Of a DNA stretch of 64,000 nt, positions 51,939-64,000 are shown in pieces. Source of the DNA: Balanoglossus misakiensis (taxonomy: Eukaryota > Animalia > Hemichordata); the NCBI GenBank assembly GCA_040954595.2, contig CM082592.2, positions 1,612,001-1,676,000 on the forward strand. Reading direction: 5' to 3'. The notes below the pieces were generated by a model, which saw only the letters and a program-made list of their open reading frames with translations, made no database searches and was not told where the DNA came from. Each line of letters opens with the position of its first letter. Position 1 is the first letter of the stretch. The position numbers and the translations under genes are program-made.

Positions 51939-52997
51939 CTTACCCCTATAAGTAGTTTAGTAACCATAATATCTTTGCAAATCATTCTTTCCACAGTTCC
52001 TTGTATCAAATATAGTAATCTAAATTTATTTTGGTGTTTACAGATGTTATTTGGTGGGTGAAATTATCTGTATTGGTGGCCATTTTGAAAAATTGGTTGC
52101 CATGGAAACTCATCAACAGATATTTAGTGGCTCCCTATCTGAATTTGTTTAGTACACATTAACACACATCTGAGCCATGTTTGGTGCTTTTATCACAAAA
52201 TGCACAATCGCTATGAAAATTAGGGTTTGGCCGCTCCACTACAGGGCTTTAGACGGCCATATTGAATTGCCACATCGAGGCTCTTATCTCAAAATGAACT
52301 TCACACTTGAAGTATTGTTTTGGACAAGGTTTAAGTCCTTTATTAAATTAAAGAAAAGGTAATTTTTTCCAATGCTTGTGAGTTTTCAGTACATGTAATG
52401 TTACACCTAGCTTTATTATTATTTGGTAGCCAAAAATCAACGAATTATTCATACAATATGCAAATGTTTGCATAATTATTGTTTTATTGTTGCTATTTTG
52501 TGTTTATACAACCAAAAAAAGTTGTTGATGTAAACATGTAGTTTAGTTTCATTGTTTAAGGAGGTACGTCAACATTTCTTTGATGATATTCATGTGAGAA
52601 TTGCGATCCATGGCGGCCATATTTGATTTGCCAAAACGAGGCTCTTATCTCAAAAAGATCTTTTGGGAACAGGCATTTTCGAAATCAGCGTAGTCGAATT
52701 GACCAAAAAACATATTTGGTTTGCTTGTACCAAAAAATGCCAGAGGGGGTCACAATTTCTCAATAGAAGGGCAAAGTACCTAGCTGATAATATGAGATTG
52801 TCGGTGATAAATATGAACCATCAGATGCGCATTTCCTTTTAAGTTCTCATTGATTCTGATATAACTTTTCATATACATGATAGGAAATGTGTCTGTAAAG
52901 GATATCTAAAGAAAATACTGCGCATATAGGATAGGCTAATAAAATCAATAATTCTTTCACTCTGTCAATTTTTCCATTTTCCGTTGAAACTGTACAG

Positions 52998-53461
52998 GAA
53001 TTTCGTCCAAGTTTCTTTCCATTCACGGGAGATCCAGAAAAGATGGACAACTTAGTTTCTCTTTGTGGATTTAAGAAACACCCACGAATTACTAAACTAC
53101 AGAATGGAGTGATAAAATTTCCAACGGTCGAAGCATGCAAAGGTAACTTCTTGCATCTTAATTTTTCAAATACATGTATCACTAACTTGCTCATAATGTT
53201 TCTTGTCCCACAATGTGGAATTTGGCAACGGATGTAGAAGGATGAAAGGTCTTATATGGGTCATGAAAGTAACGTATTGTTTTCTGTTCTACAGGTTATA
53301 TAAAATCATTGCTTAGTCATCTTCAGTTTATTCAACGTGACATGCACAGTGACTTCCTTGAAGACTGTAGTCAACTTTTGACGAAATTGAAAACCACATC
53401 AGATGAGAAACCAGAAACGTTCTTCAATTATTCTGTCTTCTACTTAATAGTAATGAAATAA
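52998..53461 (+). CDS. Class I SAM-dependent methyltransferase (JHAMT-like), copy A: last two exons (52998-53142, 53295-53461)
   Basis: AG/GT-bounded 145-nt exon paralogous to 55637-55781. Terminal exon GYIKSLL...DFLEDC...YLIVMK* followed by aataaa. Confidence 0.75.
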
Positions 53462-54218
53462 AAGCAATAAAAACACAAATTCTTTGGCATGTGCGGTGTT
53501 AAAGTGAATACTTTAACATGTCCAATATTAGAGAAAAAAATGACATAGTGTTTTGAGATTTTGGCAATTTTAGTCAACACTAAAGTCTGCGCATGGAAAG
53601 GGTCTATAATTATGATATGATGTTTTCTGCCAAACTAGAACAAGTCCCGAAGTTTAGTATTCAATTATAAACAACAGTTTGCATGTTATTAATATCTAGA
53701 TCCTTCAAGACCATCTAGTAATTAAAAGTTATGGGTAATTGTAACAAATTAATTGAAATTTAAATAAAGTCTATTAAATAAAGTGAAACTAGGATCCGCT
53801 GTTTTCTGTGGTCGGTTTGGCCAGATATAATATATTCGATAATCTTGGATAGTTTTTCCTTTTGACCTGCAATATACTGTGGATATATTAGAGTTACATG
53901 GTGTTGTACATGTGGTTGAGTGCCTGTGATAGGTAATAATGTTCATTATATACATCATATGTATCGGTGCCCTATTTATGTGGCTGTCTGTGTCTTTATC
54001 TGTTTGAAATGTTGTGATATCATCCTGGTGTAAATGAGGTCAGTATTTCTAAAGAAGACAACTTTGCCAGCCCAGCCTGGCTGCAAACACAATGCTCCCT
54101 AAGTCTGATCATTTGATTGAAGCAGAGGTCATTCAAGATCACTGCACAAACAGAATAGAACGGCGCAGTGAATACTCCTGAATGGTGTACGTACGTCGCA
54201 GCTCTTTGGTGCAAAAGA

Positions 54219-55781
54219 ATGAATCCTGGTGCCAGTGCCAAAGATTATTCGCGAAATAATGAAATACAATATCGATGTGGTCAGGACTTGTTGTCTCTGT
54301 GGGACAATGACTGGGAGAGCGATGAAGTTGTCTTGGATCTTGGATGTGGAACTGGAGAACTGGCGCGAATCATTGCAGAACGTGGCAATGTCAAAAAAGT
54401 CATAGGTAAGGTCGGTGTGACCTGAATGTCTGTAGGACGCGACAAGGTCAAATCAGTTCTATACGCGAGGTCGGTGTTTACCATACATGGTACGTACGTC
54501 CGGGTCATCGATGTTTATATGAGTAACCAAGATAAGACTAAATTCAAGTTTTGAGTGCCGTATGCAAGTTGTCAAGTCAACTGCACTGATAAAACACCTT
54601 GATACGCACGACTTACATGTTTTAAGGGTGTTATTTACTCAATATAGGCAAGTTTTATACAATTTACCCCTTTTTAACTATAGGTGTATCTAAACCAGAG
54701 GTGAGCTACAGTTGTCCATGGTGTGGATTTTAATATCACAAGCACGGCACGTTAACAAATTCACCAAGAATATTTTTTGCTACATTTTTGATCCATAACC
54801 TATTTTAAAGATGGGCTTTCTATTTCCATCAGGAATTGACAGATCTGCTGAGGCAATCGAGTTTGCACGTCAAAACAACTCAGTCGAGGGAAAAACCGAG
54901 TTCCTCGTGGCAGATGTTCTCTTACTCCAAGAAAAATTCCCTGAGTTTGAAAACATGTTTACCAAAGTGTTCTGCAATCTGCTTATTCACTGGTTAGAGG
55001 AAAAAGAAAATATACTTAGAAACATATTCTGGTGCCTTAAGCAGGGTAGAACTGCCGTTTTTAACATTTGCATCGAGGGTCAACCTGACGATTTCATGAA
55101 CATGTACAGAGGATGTACAAAGCTGCCCAGGTGGAACAAGTACCTTAAGGTAAACCTTGCAGTGTGATGTTTTTGTTTTCCAAAAGCATTTATCATAAAT
55201 CAATCATACCGACTTTATGTTTCCATATAATAACAGTGCAAATTTAAAGAACAAACTGTCCTGAATTCGAAACAGAAAACCAACTCACTAACTATAATGG
55301 CCACTCAACAGAAATTGTTCGGCTATTGATGTAAACCAAGTTGCCAAACAACCCAGCGATTTAGGTAAATGTCATTGACAGTGCAAGTACATGTAAACTT
55401 TTGGCATGAATCATCGGTACAGTATGGACACGATATCCTACCGATATACAGGCATAACAATTTCTTTCATTGCGATTACAGGTGACATTGAATGATATCA
55501 TTGGGATTTGAGATGACTTTGAACAGAACTTGTCCAAAAATACACAAGGGAACGAGGTTGCGCATATGATAACTACTCATTTACGATGAAATCAACATTT
55601 CTTTACATCATCATTGATCCGTTTTTTCTGACACAGGAATATCGTCCATCTATGTTTCCATACATGGGAGACCAAGAAACGTTGGATGATCTAGTTTCAC
55701 TTTGTGGATTCAAGAAACACCCACGAATCACTAAAGTGGAGAGTAGATCGCCAAAATTTTCAACGACTGAGGCGTGCAAAG
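54219..55781 (+). CDS. Class I SAM-dependent methyltransferase (JHAMT-like), copy B: exons 54219-54405, 54833-55149, 55637-55781; last exon not found
   Basis: Y..NNEIQ, motif I VLDLGCGTG, VIGIDRS, F.KVFCNLLIHW, NIFWCLKQG. Phase-compatible GT-AG junctions. Confidence 0.85.
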
Positions 55782-56639
55782 GTAACTTCCGGCGTCCTTA
55801 GATATGGTTAACTCAATACTTTATCACACACACCACGAAATCACAATTCTTAATACGATAGACTAAATCACTTGAACATGTTGTGATGTTGGAATCGTTT
55901 GGGATGTAACAATGTTGCATGATATATTTTCTTTGCACACATTTTCAACTGTTTGAACTTTAGCAAAATAGTTTGCAAGTTGATAATACACCAAGTTATC
56001 CACGACGCACAGTGTACAGGTACATTAAAGAACTTAGCAATCAGGCTGAAGAAATACAGCTCATGCTAATTAGCATATGTCAACATGTGGTGAAAAATAT
56101 GTACCTATTTCTTCCAATGGCCATGTGGTGGCGCTCTCGTCTCATGCACCCACCCGACGATTGCGATTGGCTGGATCTCCACTTTGCATTCAAATTTTGG
56201 TTAATTTACATATTTGACGTATAGTACATTTATGGCCTTCAGAGGTAAATTGGTTCAACAGGTGGGATTGGTCTTGACTCGTGACCACTTTATCTTTGAA
56301 GATGCAGCCATCTTTGAGTTTGCAGGTCAAATTGTATACTTTGAGGCCATTAAAATCACGATAATCCCTCTACTCACACGATCGACCATTTTGGTCCAGG
56401 TTGTGTGTACTATCAGTCAATTTTACACAAGTTTATTTTGTTGGCATGTACGGTTTTAAAGTGAACACTATCATTTGGAATAATAAAGTGAAAATGTAAT
56501 CTTTCGAGAGTTAATCTTTGACAGTTATTGTCAACAATGCAATCTTAGCTACACTTGTCATGGCAAATTGAGATCTACCCAATCACAAATTTTCAGTGGG
56601 TGGCACACGCGAAAAAAAGAGTGCCACCATACATACTGT

Positions 56640-56998
56640 AGAACACTCAGATATTGGCATATCTGAGCTACAAGGTGTTGAAAGTCTCTCACACATCATC
56701 TAAGATTATTGGGAGACCCACACCGGTTCTCTCAGAACTTGTGGATTATGCAACATTGAGAAAAGCTTGTGATAGCACCATTCTGGCCGAAACAGCCATG
56801 GTTCCCAGAGCTGATGGAACTGCTAGTGGACATTCCACTTCGTCTTCCAATACAAGACAAAATGCTGTACCAGCCTTGTCATCCAGATCCTGAGATATTC
56901 AAGTTAACTGCATGGAAGTTATCAAGGATCAGTTCATTGAGAAGGGCTTTTCTGTCCCAGCTGCAGTTAGAGCCTCAAAGGCACGAAGAAAGTCAACT
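56640..56998 (+). mobile_element. DIRS-type retrotransposon pol C-terminal fragment
   Basis: IAPFWPKQPWFPELMELLVDIPLRLP...HP...LTAWKLS, the typical DIRS1 pol tail. Confidence 0.75.
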
Positions 56999-57000
56999 TA

Positions 57001-60000
57001 TAATAATAATTAAATAAAGAATTATATAAAAATAATAATTTTAATAATAATAGGTCCGATTTCCACAAAAAATTCACCATAGGGGTATCTTGGCTCGAAA
57101 AGAACAAAAATGATATCCGTTTAGTGATCCCATGTTTCTATGGCAACCATTTTTGGGCTGAAATTATGCTTTTTGTGCGAGAGAGGGTATCACAAGTCAC
57201 TTTAAATAATAATAGGTTGGATTTGAACACAAAATCGCACTGGCAGTATTTTTGGTCACAAAGGAAACATTTGTGGTTTATTTTCCGAATGCACATTTAT
57301 AAGTTGGTGAAATTTGACTTTTCTTTCAAGACAGAGGAACTGCACATGTGCAGAACAACTGGCAATGCAGCCTGCCGATTTCCACAGTTTAACTACAAAA
57401 AATCACAAGATACAATAGTATCGCTGGGGAATCCAATCAATCGATTGTTCACGCATATTTCCTGACTGTCGACAAGTTTTAAAACATAAATCCATTGGTA
57501 TTGCATAAACGTTTACCGTCTATCTGTTGTTGTATGGTTAGCGAAGGAAGGCAGTTACAGGACACACTCGTAGAAGTACACACTTTTTGAGTGTTGACGG
57601 CGAGTCTGTTAAATTTGGCAGTTCAGCGTGACTTCAACACTAAATAGACAACTAGCAGAAAAGTCTGCAAACTTCTAAATTTCTGGGAATGTTTTATTTG
57701 GTATGGTTATGAAATAATTTTCGTTTAGGAAGAATCAAATCTCAGTGACGCACGATACCTTCTGATGAATGCGAAGACCTGTCAGCTGACACGCAAATGC
57801 AGTCAAAACATAAAATTGAAAACGAAACCGCGAGATGCCTCGTGTGTCTGTCCTGTCACCTCGTCCGAGAAAACAATAAAATTCCCGAGAAATAATAACA
57901 CGAAATCCAAAGTATCGTGATAACATTTCTTCATTTCTCCGATTTTATTTTGCTGCCGTGTAAACATTGCGTCCGTTTGACACCGACACAAACGTAGCGT
58001 AACTCAGAGGTCAATTCTTCGATTAAAATCAATGATTTAAACACTAACCTTCCTGTTCCACGATATCTGCAGTTTCTATGGCGCTCAAATCTCACGATAT
58101 GTGCAATTCTTAAGCCAACTGGGGTATTATTCCTGTCGTTTTAGCCACGAAAACTGGGCAGACGACACAACGCGAAACAGCTCGTTCACACTCAGTTGAC
58201 ATCGCGTGATTTCAGAGCGCGCGCAAACATACGAAAAATTGCTACAATGTTGTACGTAAATAAACTCGGTTCCAACTCGCGTTGGGTTTCGAGCGAAGTT
58301 TTGTACCTCAGATCTGTCGTACACACGCTACTCGACTCACCGGGTAACAAGGTTTTAAATAGTGTTTAACAATACCCGAGGTCTTTTTGTGAATATTAGG
58401 TAGAAAATCTCCAACCGAAAGCGTTGAAACGTCGTCTGCAATTTTAGATACATAGGCCACTTTGAAAAATGTTGTCTTTATGAATCTGAAGTATCACGAA
58501 TGATTGTACAGGAAATCCACCCGTGCTTATTAAATTGATAGATTGTTTATATAATTCTTTAAACCCCTTAACTGGTAATTAAATAAAGAATTATTTAAAA
58601 ATAATAATTTTAATAATAATAGGTCCGATTTCCACAAAAATTTCACCATAGGGGTATCTTGGCTCAATAAGAACAAAAATGATATCCGTTTAGTGATAAC
58701 ATGTTTCTATGGCAACCATTTTGGGGCTGAAATTATGCTTTTTGTGCTAAGAGAGGGTATCACAAGTCAATTTACATAATAATTGGTTGGATTTGAACAC
58801 AAAATCACACTGGCAGTATTTTTGTTTACAAAGAAAACATTTGGGGTTTATTTTCCGAATGCACAATAATAAGTTGGTGAAATTTGACTTTTCTTTCAAG
58901 ACAGAGGAACTGCGCATGTGCAGAAAAACTGGCAATGCAGCCTGCCGATTTCCACAGTGTAACTACAAAAAAATACAAGATACAATAGTATCGTTAAGGA
59001 ATCCAATCAATCGATTGTTCATGCATTTCCAGACTGTCGACCAGTTTTAAAACATAAATTCATTGGTATTGCATAAACGTTTACCGTCTATTTGTTGTTG
59101 TATGGTTAGCGAAGGAAGGCAGTTACAGGACACACTCGTAGAAGTACACTGTTTGAGTATTGACAGCGAGTCTGTGTTAAATTTGGCAGTTCAGCGTGAC
59201 TTCAACACTAAATAGACAACTAGCAGAAAAGTCTGCAAACTTCTAAATTTCTGGAAATGTTTTATTTGGTATGGTTATGAAATAATTTTCGTCTATGAAG
59301 AATCAAATCTCAGCGACGCACGATATTGATAGCTTCTGATGAATGCGAAGACCTGTCAGCTGACACGCAAATACAGCCAAAACATAAAATTCAACATTGA
59401 AAACGGAACCGCGAGATGCCTCGTGTGTCTGTCCTGTCACCTCGTCTGAGAAAACAATAAAATTCCCGAGAAATAATAACACGAAATCCAAAATATCGTG
59501 ATAACATTTCTTCATTTCTCGGATTCTATTTGGCTGCCTTGTATTGTAAACATTGCGTCCGTTTGACACCGACACAAACGTAGCATAACTCAGAGGTCAA
59601 TACTTTGATTAAAAACAATAATTTTAACACTAACCTTCCCGTTCCACGATATCTGCGGTTTCTATGGCGCTCAAATCTCATGATATGTGCAATTCTAAAG
59701 CCAACTGGGGTATTATTCCTGTCGTTTTAGCCACGAAAACTGGGCAGACGACACGACGCGAAACAGCTCGTTCACACTCAGTTGATATCGCGTGATTCCA
59801 GAGCGCGCGCAAACATACGAAAAATTGCTACAATGTTGTACGTAAATAAACTCGGTCTCCAACTCGTGTTGGGTTTCGAGCGAAGTTTTGTACCTCAGAT
59901 CTGTCGTACACACGCCACCAGACTCACTGGGTAACAATGTTTTAAATAGTGTTTAACAATACCCGAGGTCTTTTTGTGAACATTAGGTAGAAAATCTCCA

Positions 60001-61937
60001 ACCGAAAGCGTTGAAACGTCGTCTGCAATTTTAGATACATAGGCCACTTTGAAAAATGTTGTCTTTATGAATCTGAAGTATCACGAATGATTGTACAGGA
60101 AATCCACCCGTGCTTATTAAATTGATAGATTGTTTATATAATTCTTTAAACCCCTTAACTGGTAATAATAATTAAATAAAGAATTATATAAAAATAATAA
60201 TTTTAATAATAATAGGTCTGATTTCCACGAAAATTTCATCAAAGGAGTATCTTGGCTCATAAAACACAACAATGATATCCGTTTTGTGATCACATGTTTC
60301 TATGGCAACTATTTTGGGGCTCAAATTATGCTTTTTTTTACAAAATTCCATAAATAAGTAGTCAGATCACTCCGAAATTTCGCCAAATATGTACCTAAGG
60401 TCAAAGACAAATAAATATGATTTTTGTTTTGATAACACACGTTTTAATGTCACTCGTTCGGGGGCTAAAATTATACATTTTTCCAAAATCCTATTTAAAA
60501 CAGTCCATTGCAATGACAATTGTGCTAAGAGAGGGTATCACAAATCAATTTAAATAATAATAATAGGTTGGATTTGAAACAAAAATCACACTGGCAGTAT
60601 TTTTGGTCACAAAGAATTCGTTTGGGCTTTATTTTCCGAATGCACATTAATAAGTTGGTGAAATTTGACTTTTCTTTCAAGACAGAGGAACTGCACATGT
60701 GCAGAACACCTGGCAATGCAGCCTGCCGATTTTCAGTTTCACCACAAAAAAGCGCAAGTTAAAATAGTATCGCTGGGGAATCCAATCAATCGATTGTTCA
60801 TGCATACGTCCTTAATGTCGACTAGTTTTAAAACATTAGTCCATTGCATAAACGTTTACCGTCTAGTTGTTGTTGTTGTATGGTTATCGAAGGAAGGCAG
60901 TTACAGAGGACACACACTCGTAGCCGTACACTGTTTGAGTGTTGACGGCGAGTCTGTGTTAAATTTTGGCAGTTCAGCGTGACTTTAACACTAAATAGAC
61001 AACTAGCAGAAAAGTCTACAAACTTCTAAATTTCTGGAAATTTTTTATTTGGTATGGTTATGAAATAATTTTCGTTTATGAAGAATCAAATCTCAGCGAC
61101 GCACGATAGCTTCTGATGAATGCGAGGACCCATCAGCTGACTCGCAAATACAGTCAAAATATCAAATTCAACCGAAAACGGAACCGCGAGATGCATTGTG
61201 TGTCTGTTCTGTCACCTCCTCTGAGAAAATAATAAAATTCCCCCAAAATAGTAATACGAAAGCCAAAGTATCGTGATAACATTTCCACATTTCTCCGATT
61301 CTATTTGGCCGCCGTGTAACATCGCGTCCGTTTGACACTGACACAAACTAGCATAACTCAGAGGTCAATATTTCGATTAAAAACAATGATTTTAACACTA
61401 ACCTTCCTGTTCCACGATATCTGCGCTTTCTATGGCGCTCAAATCTCAAGATATGTACAATTTCAAAGCCAACTGGGGTATTATTCCTGTCGTTTTAGCC
61501 ACGAAAACTGGGCAGACGACACGACACAAAAAAGCTCGTTCACACTCAGTTGACATCGCGTGATTTCAGAGCACGCGCAAACATACGAAAAATTTCTACA
61601 ATGTTGTACGTAAATAAACTCGGTCTCCAACTCCTGTTGGGTTTCGAGCGAAGTTTTGTACCTCAGATCTGTCGTACACACGCCACCAGACTCACCGGGT
61701 AACAAGGTTTTAAATAGTGTTAACAATAACCGTGGTCGTTTTGTGAATATGTAGACAATCTCCAACCGAAAGCGTTGAAACGTCTGCAATTTTAGATATA
61801 GGCCACTTTGAAAAATGTTGTCTTTTAATAGCGCTAAATTATGAATCTGAAGAATCAGGAATGATTAATTGTACAGAAAATCCACCCGTGCTTATTAAAT
61901 TGATAAATTGTTTATATAATTCTTTAAACCCCTTAAC

Positions 61938-61941
<4 letters not shown>
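57001..61941 (-). repeat. Three head-to-tail copies (~1.6-1.8 kb) of a non-coding Helentron-like element
   Basis: Units at ~57001-58577, 58578-60163 and 60164-61941, each ending ...aaaccc(c)ttaactggt followed by aat. Copy 3 has ~190 extra bp at ~60338-60523. Confidence 0.85.
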
Positions 61942-61996
<55 letters not shown>

Positions 61997-64000
61997 TTTA
62001 TTTCTTACACGCACTACACTTACGTCTCAGTGCGAGTTACAAAAGACGGTGATAAAAGAATCATAAAAGCAGCAGAAAAATTAAAAAGTCTCAGTTAAAA
62101 TTCCGTCTAAAAAAAAACCCATACAGAAGATGATCCTAAAAAATTCGATCACAAATATTATTGAAAAGATGAGTTTTTAAACGGCGTTTAAAACAGTCAA
62201 CAGATCTGGCGTTGCGAATCACAGGCGGCAGCGAATTCCACAGAGCAGGTGCACAAACAAAGAATGCTCTCTGCCCATATGCCTTATTAAAGTTTCCACG
62301 AGGTGGCACCAACCGCAAAGAGTCAGCTGATCTGAGATCTCTGACAGGGGTGTAAATTTCAAGCAAATCGATTAAATAAAGTGGTGCAAAGCGATGAATG
62401 ATTTTATAGGTAGTTAACAAAATTTTGAATTTGATGCGAGCATCAACCGGCAGCCAGTGCAGATCAATGAGAACAGGTGTGATGTGATCGAACTTCCGAG
62501 TCCAGGAGACGAGACGAGCCGCAGCATTTTGAAGTGATTGTAGGCGATCCAGCTGAGCCTTATTAATACCATACAGGAGACTATTACAATAATCAAGCTG
62601 AGACGTAATGAATGCATGGATCATCTTTTCCGTTGTATGATTGTCCAATAATGGGCGGATCTTGCCAATTCTAGATAGTGCGTAGAAACCTTTCCTGCAG
62701 ACATGACTAATATGATCAGAAGCGGAACCGTCGTTGTTGAGCATAACACCAAGATTGCGAACTGAAGTCGACGGGGCTATATCAAACTCGCCTATCCTAT
62801 AAGGCTGGAAATTTTCACCGCATCTGATCTCAGACGTGACGAAAACTGAATCACATCTGTCTTATTGTCATTAAGAATCAACATATTGGATCTCATCCAC
62901 CTGCGAATTTCGTCTACGCATATCTCAAGAGGAACCTGAACTTCATCAGGTCTCTTGCACACAACATAAATCTGCGAGTCATCAGCATACAACATGTAGT
63001 TGAAGTCATGCTTGACAATGATGTCTTCAAGAGGCGCTGTATACAGTGTGAAGAGAATCGGTCCCAAAACAGAACCTTGGGGGACGCCATATGTCATATT
63101 TGAACTGGATGATGTAAATGAACCGATCTTTAAACGCTGATTACGATTGCTGAGATAGGATCTGAACCATGATAAAGCTTTACCAGTGATGCCAAAACGG
63201 AATTGAAGTCTGTGAAGGAGTATATCATGGTCCACCGTATCGAAGGCAGCAGACAAGTCCAACATGACAAGGAGAACATCTTTCTTTTCGTTGAGAGCGA
63301 GCATGATGTCATTATGCACACGTAGAAGGCAGTCTCTTTGCTGTGGTGAGCGCGATACGCACTTTGGAACTTGGTTAACAGTGAATGATTAGCCAGGTGA
63401 ATGTTCAATTGCGAGGCAACAACCCGTTCAAGTAATTTCGATAGAAATGGCAGATTTGACACAGGTCGGTAGTTCTTCGGACTGTTTGGATCAAGGTCCG
63501 GGTTTTTCAGCAATGGCCGAATGATCGCAGATTTAAAATGACTGGGAACGACGCCAGATGATAGTGATGCATTAAAGAGCTGCGTAATGAACTGTGCAAG
63601 AACATAGGCGAATTTCTTAATATAAATTGTCGGGAGAATATCCAGATCGCATGATTTTGGAGCTGCCCGTTCAATAAGAGTACTAACCTGATGCATGGAC
63701 ACCTCACTGAAAGTTGGTAAATTGTGAGGTGGTAAGGTGTTGCCGGTGTCAGTACTGCAACTGATAAGGCCCTCACGAAGATTGGCAACTTTAGAATTGA
63801 AATAGCTCAGGAATCTGGATGGTAGTTCCTTCAATGGAATTTCACTGGGTACAGCTTTAGCGTTGATAGCTTTCGTATCAGATAGCTCAGAGACGATCTT
63901 AAACAACTTCTTGTTATCTGCCTCTTGGATGCGAGCGCGATGGTAGTCGGCCTTTAGTTCGTCACAGCGGCGAAAATATTCAGTTCGCTTTATCAGAAAA
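61942..64000 (-). mobile_element. L2/CR1-group LINE ORF2 (RT), frameshifted, with (ATT)n tail
   Basis: NYRPVSNLPFLSKLLE, FQSAYR, LDLSAAFDTVDH, GVPQGSVLGP, YADDSQIY, LDYCNSLL, HITPVLIDLHWLP. 3' aataaa followed by (att)n at 61942-62003. Confidence 0.92.

Larger units (their letters stand above)
47480..52241. mobile_element. Copy 2 of the 1017-3299 element, left end clipped, carrying two younger insertions
   Basis: Colinear and highly similar to 1068-3299 (shared 77-aa pseudo-ORF at 1587 and 49347). Ends ...ggccgctccacta. Confidence 0.9.
46309..52782. mobile_element. Outer Academ-like non-autonomous element hosting nested insertions
   Basis: Subterminal IRs ggcattttttggtacaagc...ttcgaatacgctgatttcgaa...tgcctgttcccaaaa (46355-46436) and ttttgggaacaggcattttcgaaatcagcgtagtcgaa...gcttgtaccaaaaaatgcc (52661-52741). 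The exact outer ends are uncertain. Confidence 0.7.

Noticed and set aside
57124-61789. Recurrent short ORFs as a gene family
   Set aside because: They recur because of the three-copy repeat, and frames and stops differ between copies.

Overview
AT-rich animal (non-bacterial) genomic DNA, most consistent with a marine invertebrate; the species cannot be determined from the sequence. The window is almost entirely a nested transposable-element graveyard. Left to right: a decayed SAM-domain ORF; a non-autonomous Academ-like element; a 9-exon Chapaev-type transposase with a RAG1-like N-terminal Zn/RING region, whose intron 2 holds Helentron-like and Crypton-like inserts; MITEs; an RTE-X-like LINE interrupted by an L31-type DD37E Tc1/IS630 transposon with a second ORF (PB1-like, CCHC, coiled coil); hAT, CR1 and piggyBac remnants; a spliced CACTA/Plavaka-like transposase gene interrupted by a ~3 kb endogenous parvovirus-like element (HUH+SF3 NS1, a small downstream ORF and a convergent capsid-like ORF); two duplicated NZF zinc-finger exons; a rearranged Gypsy carrying a split-direct-repeat (Ngaro/PAT-type) insert; a nest of DNA transposons; two partial tandem copies of a class I SAM methyltransferase gene, the only clear host gene; a DIRS fragment; a three-copy head-to-tail Helentron-like array; and an L2-like LINE. 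The best candidates for novelty are the viral element with its unusual ambisense layout, the RAG1-like Chapaev gene, and the strong minus-strand bias of the relics. Family assignments rest on motif recognition from memory, not on database searches.
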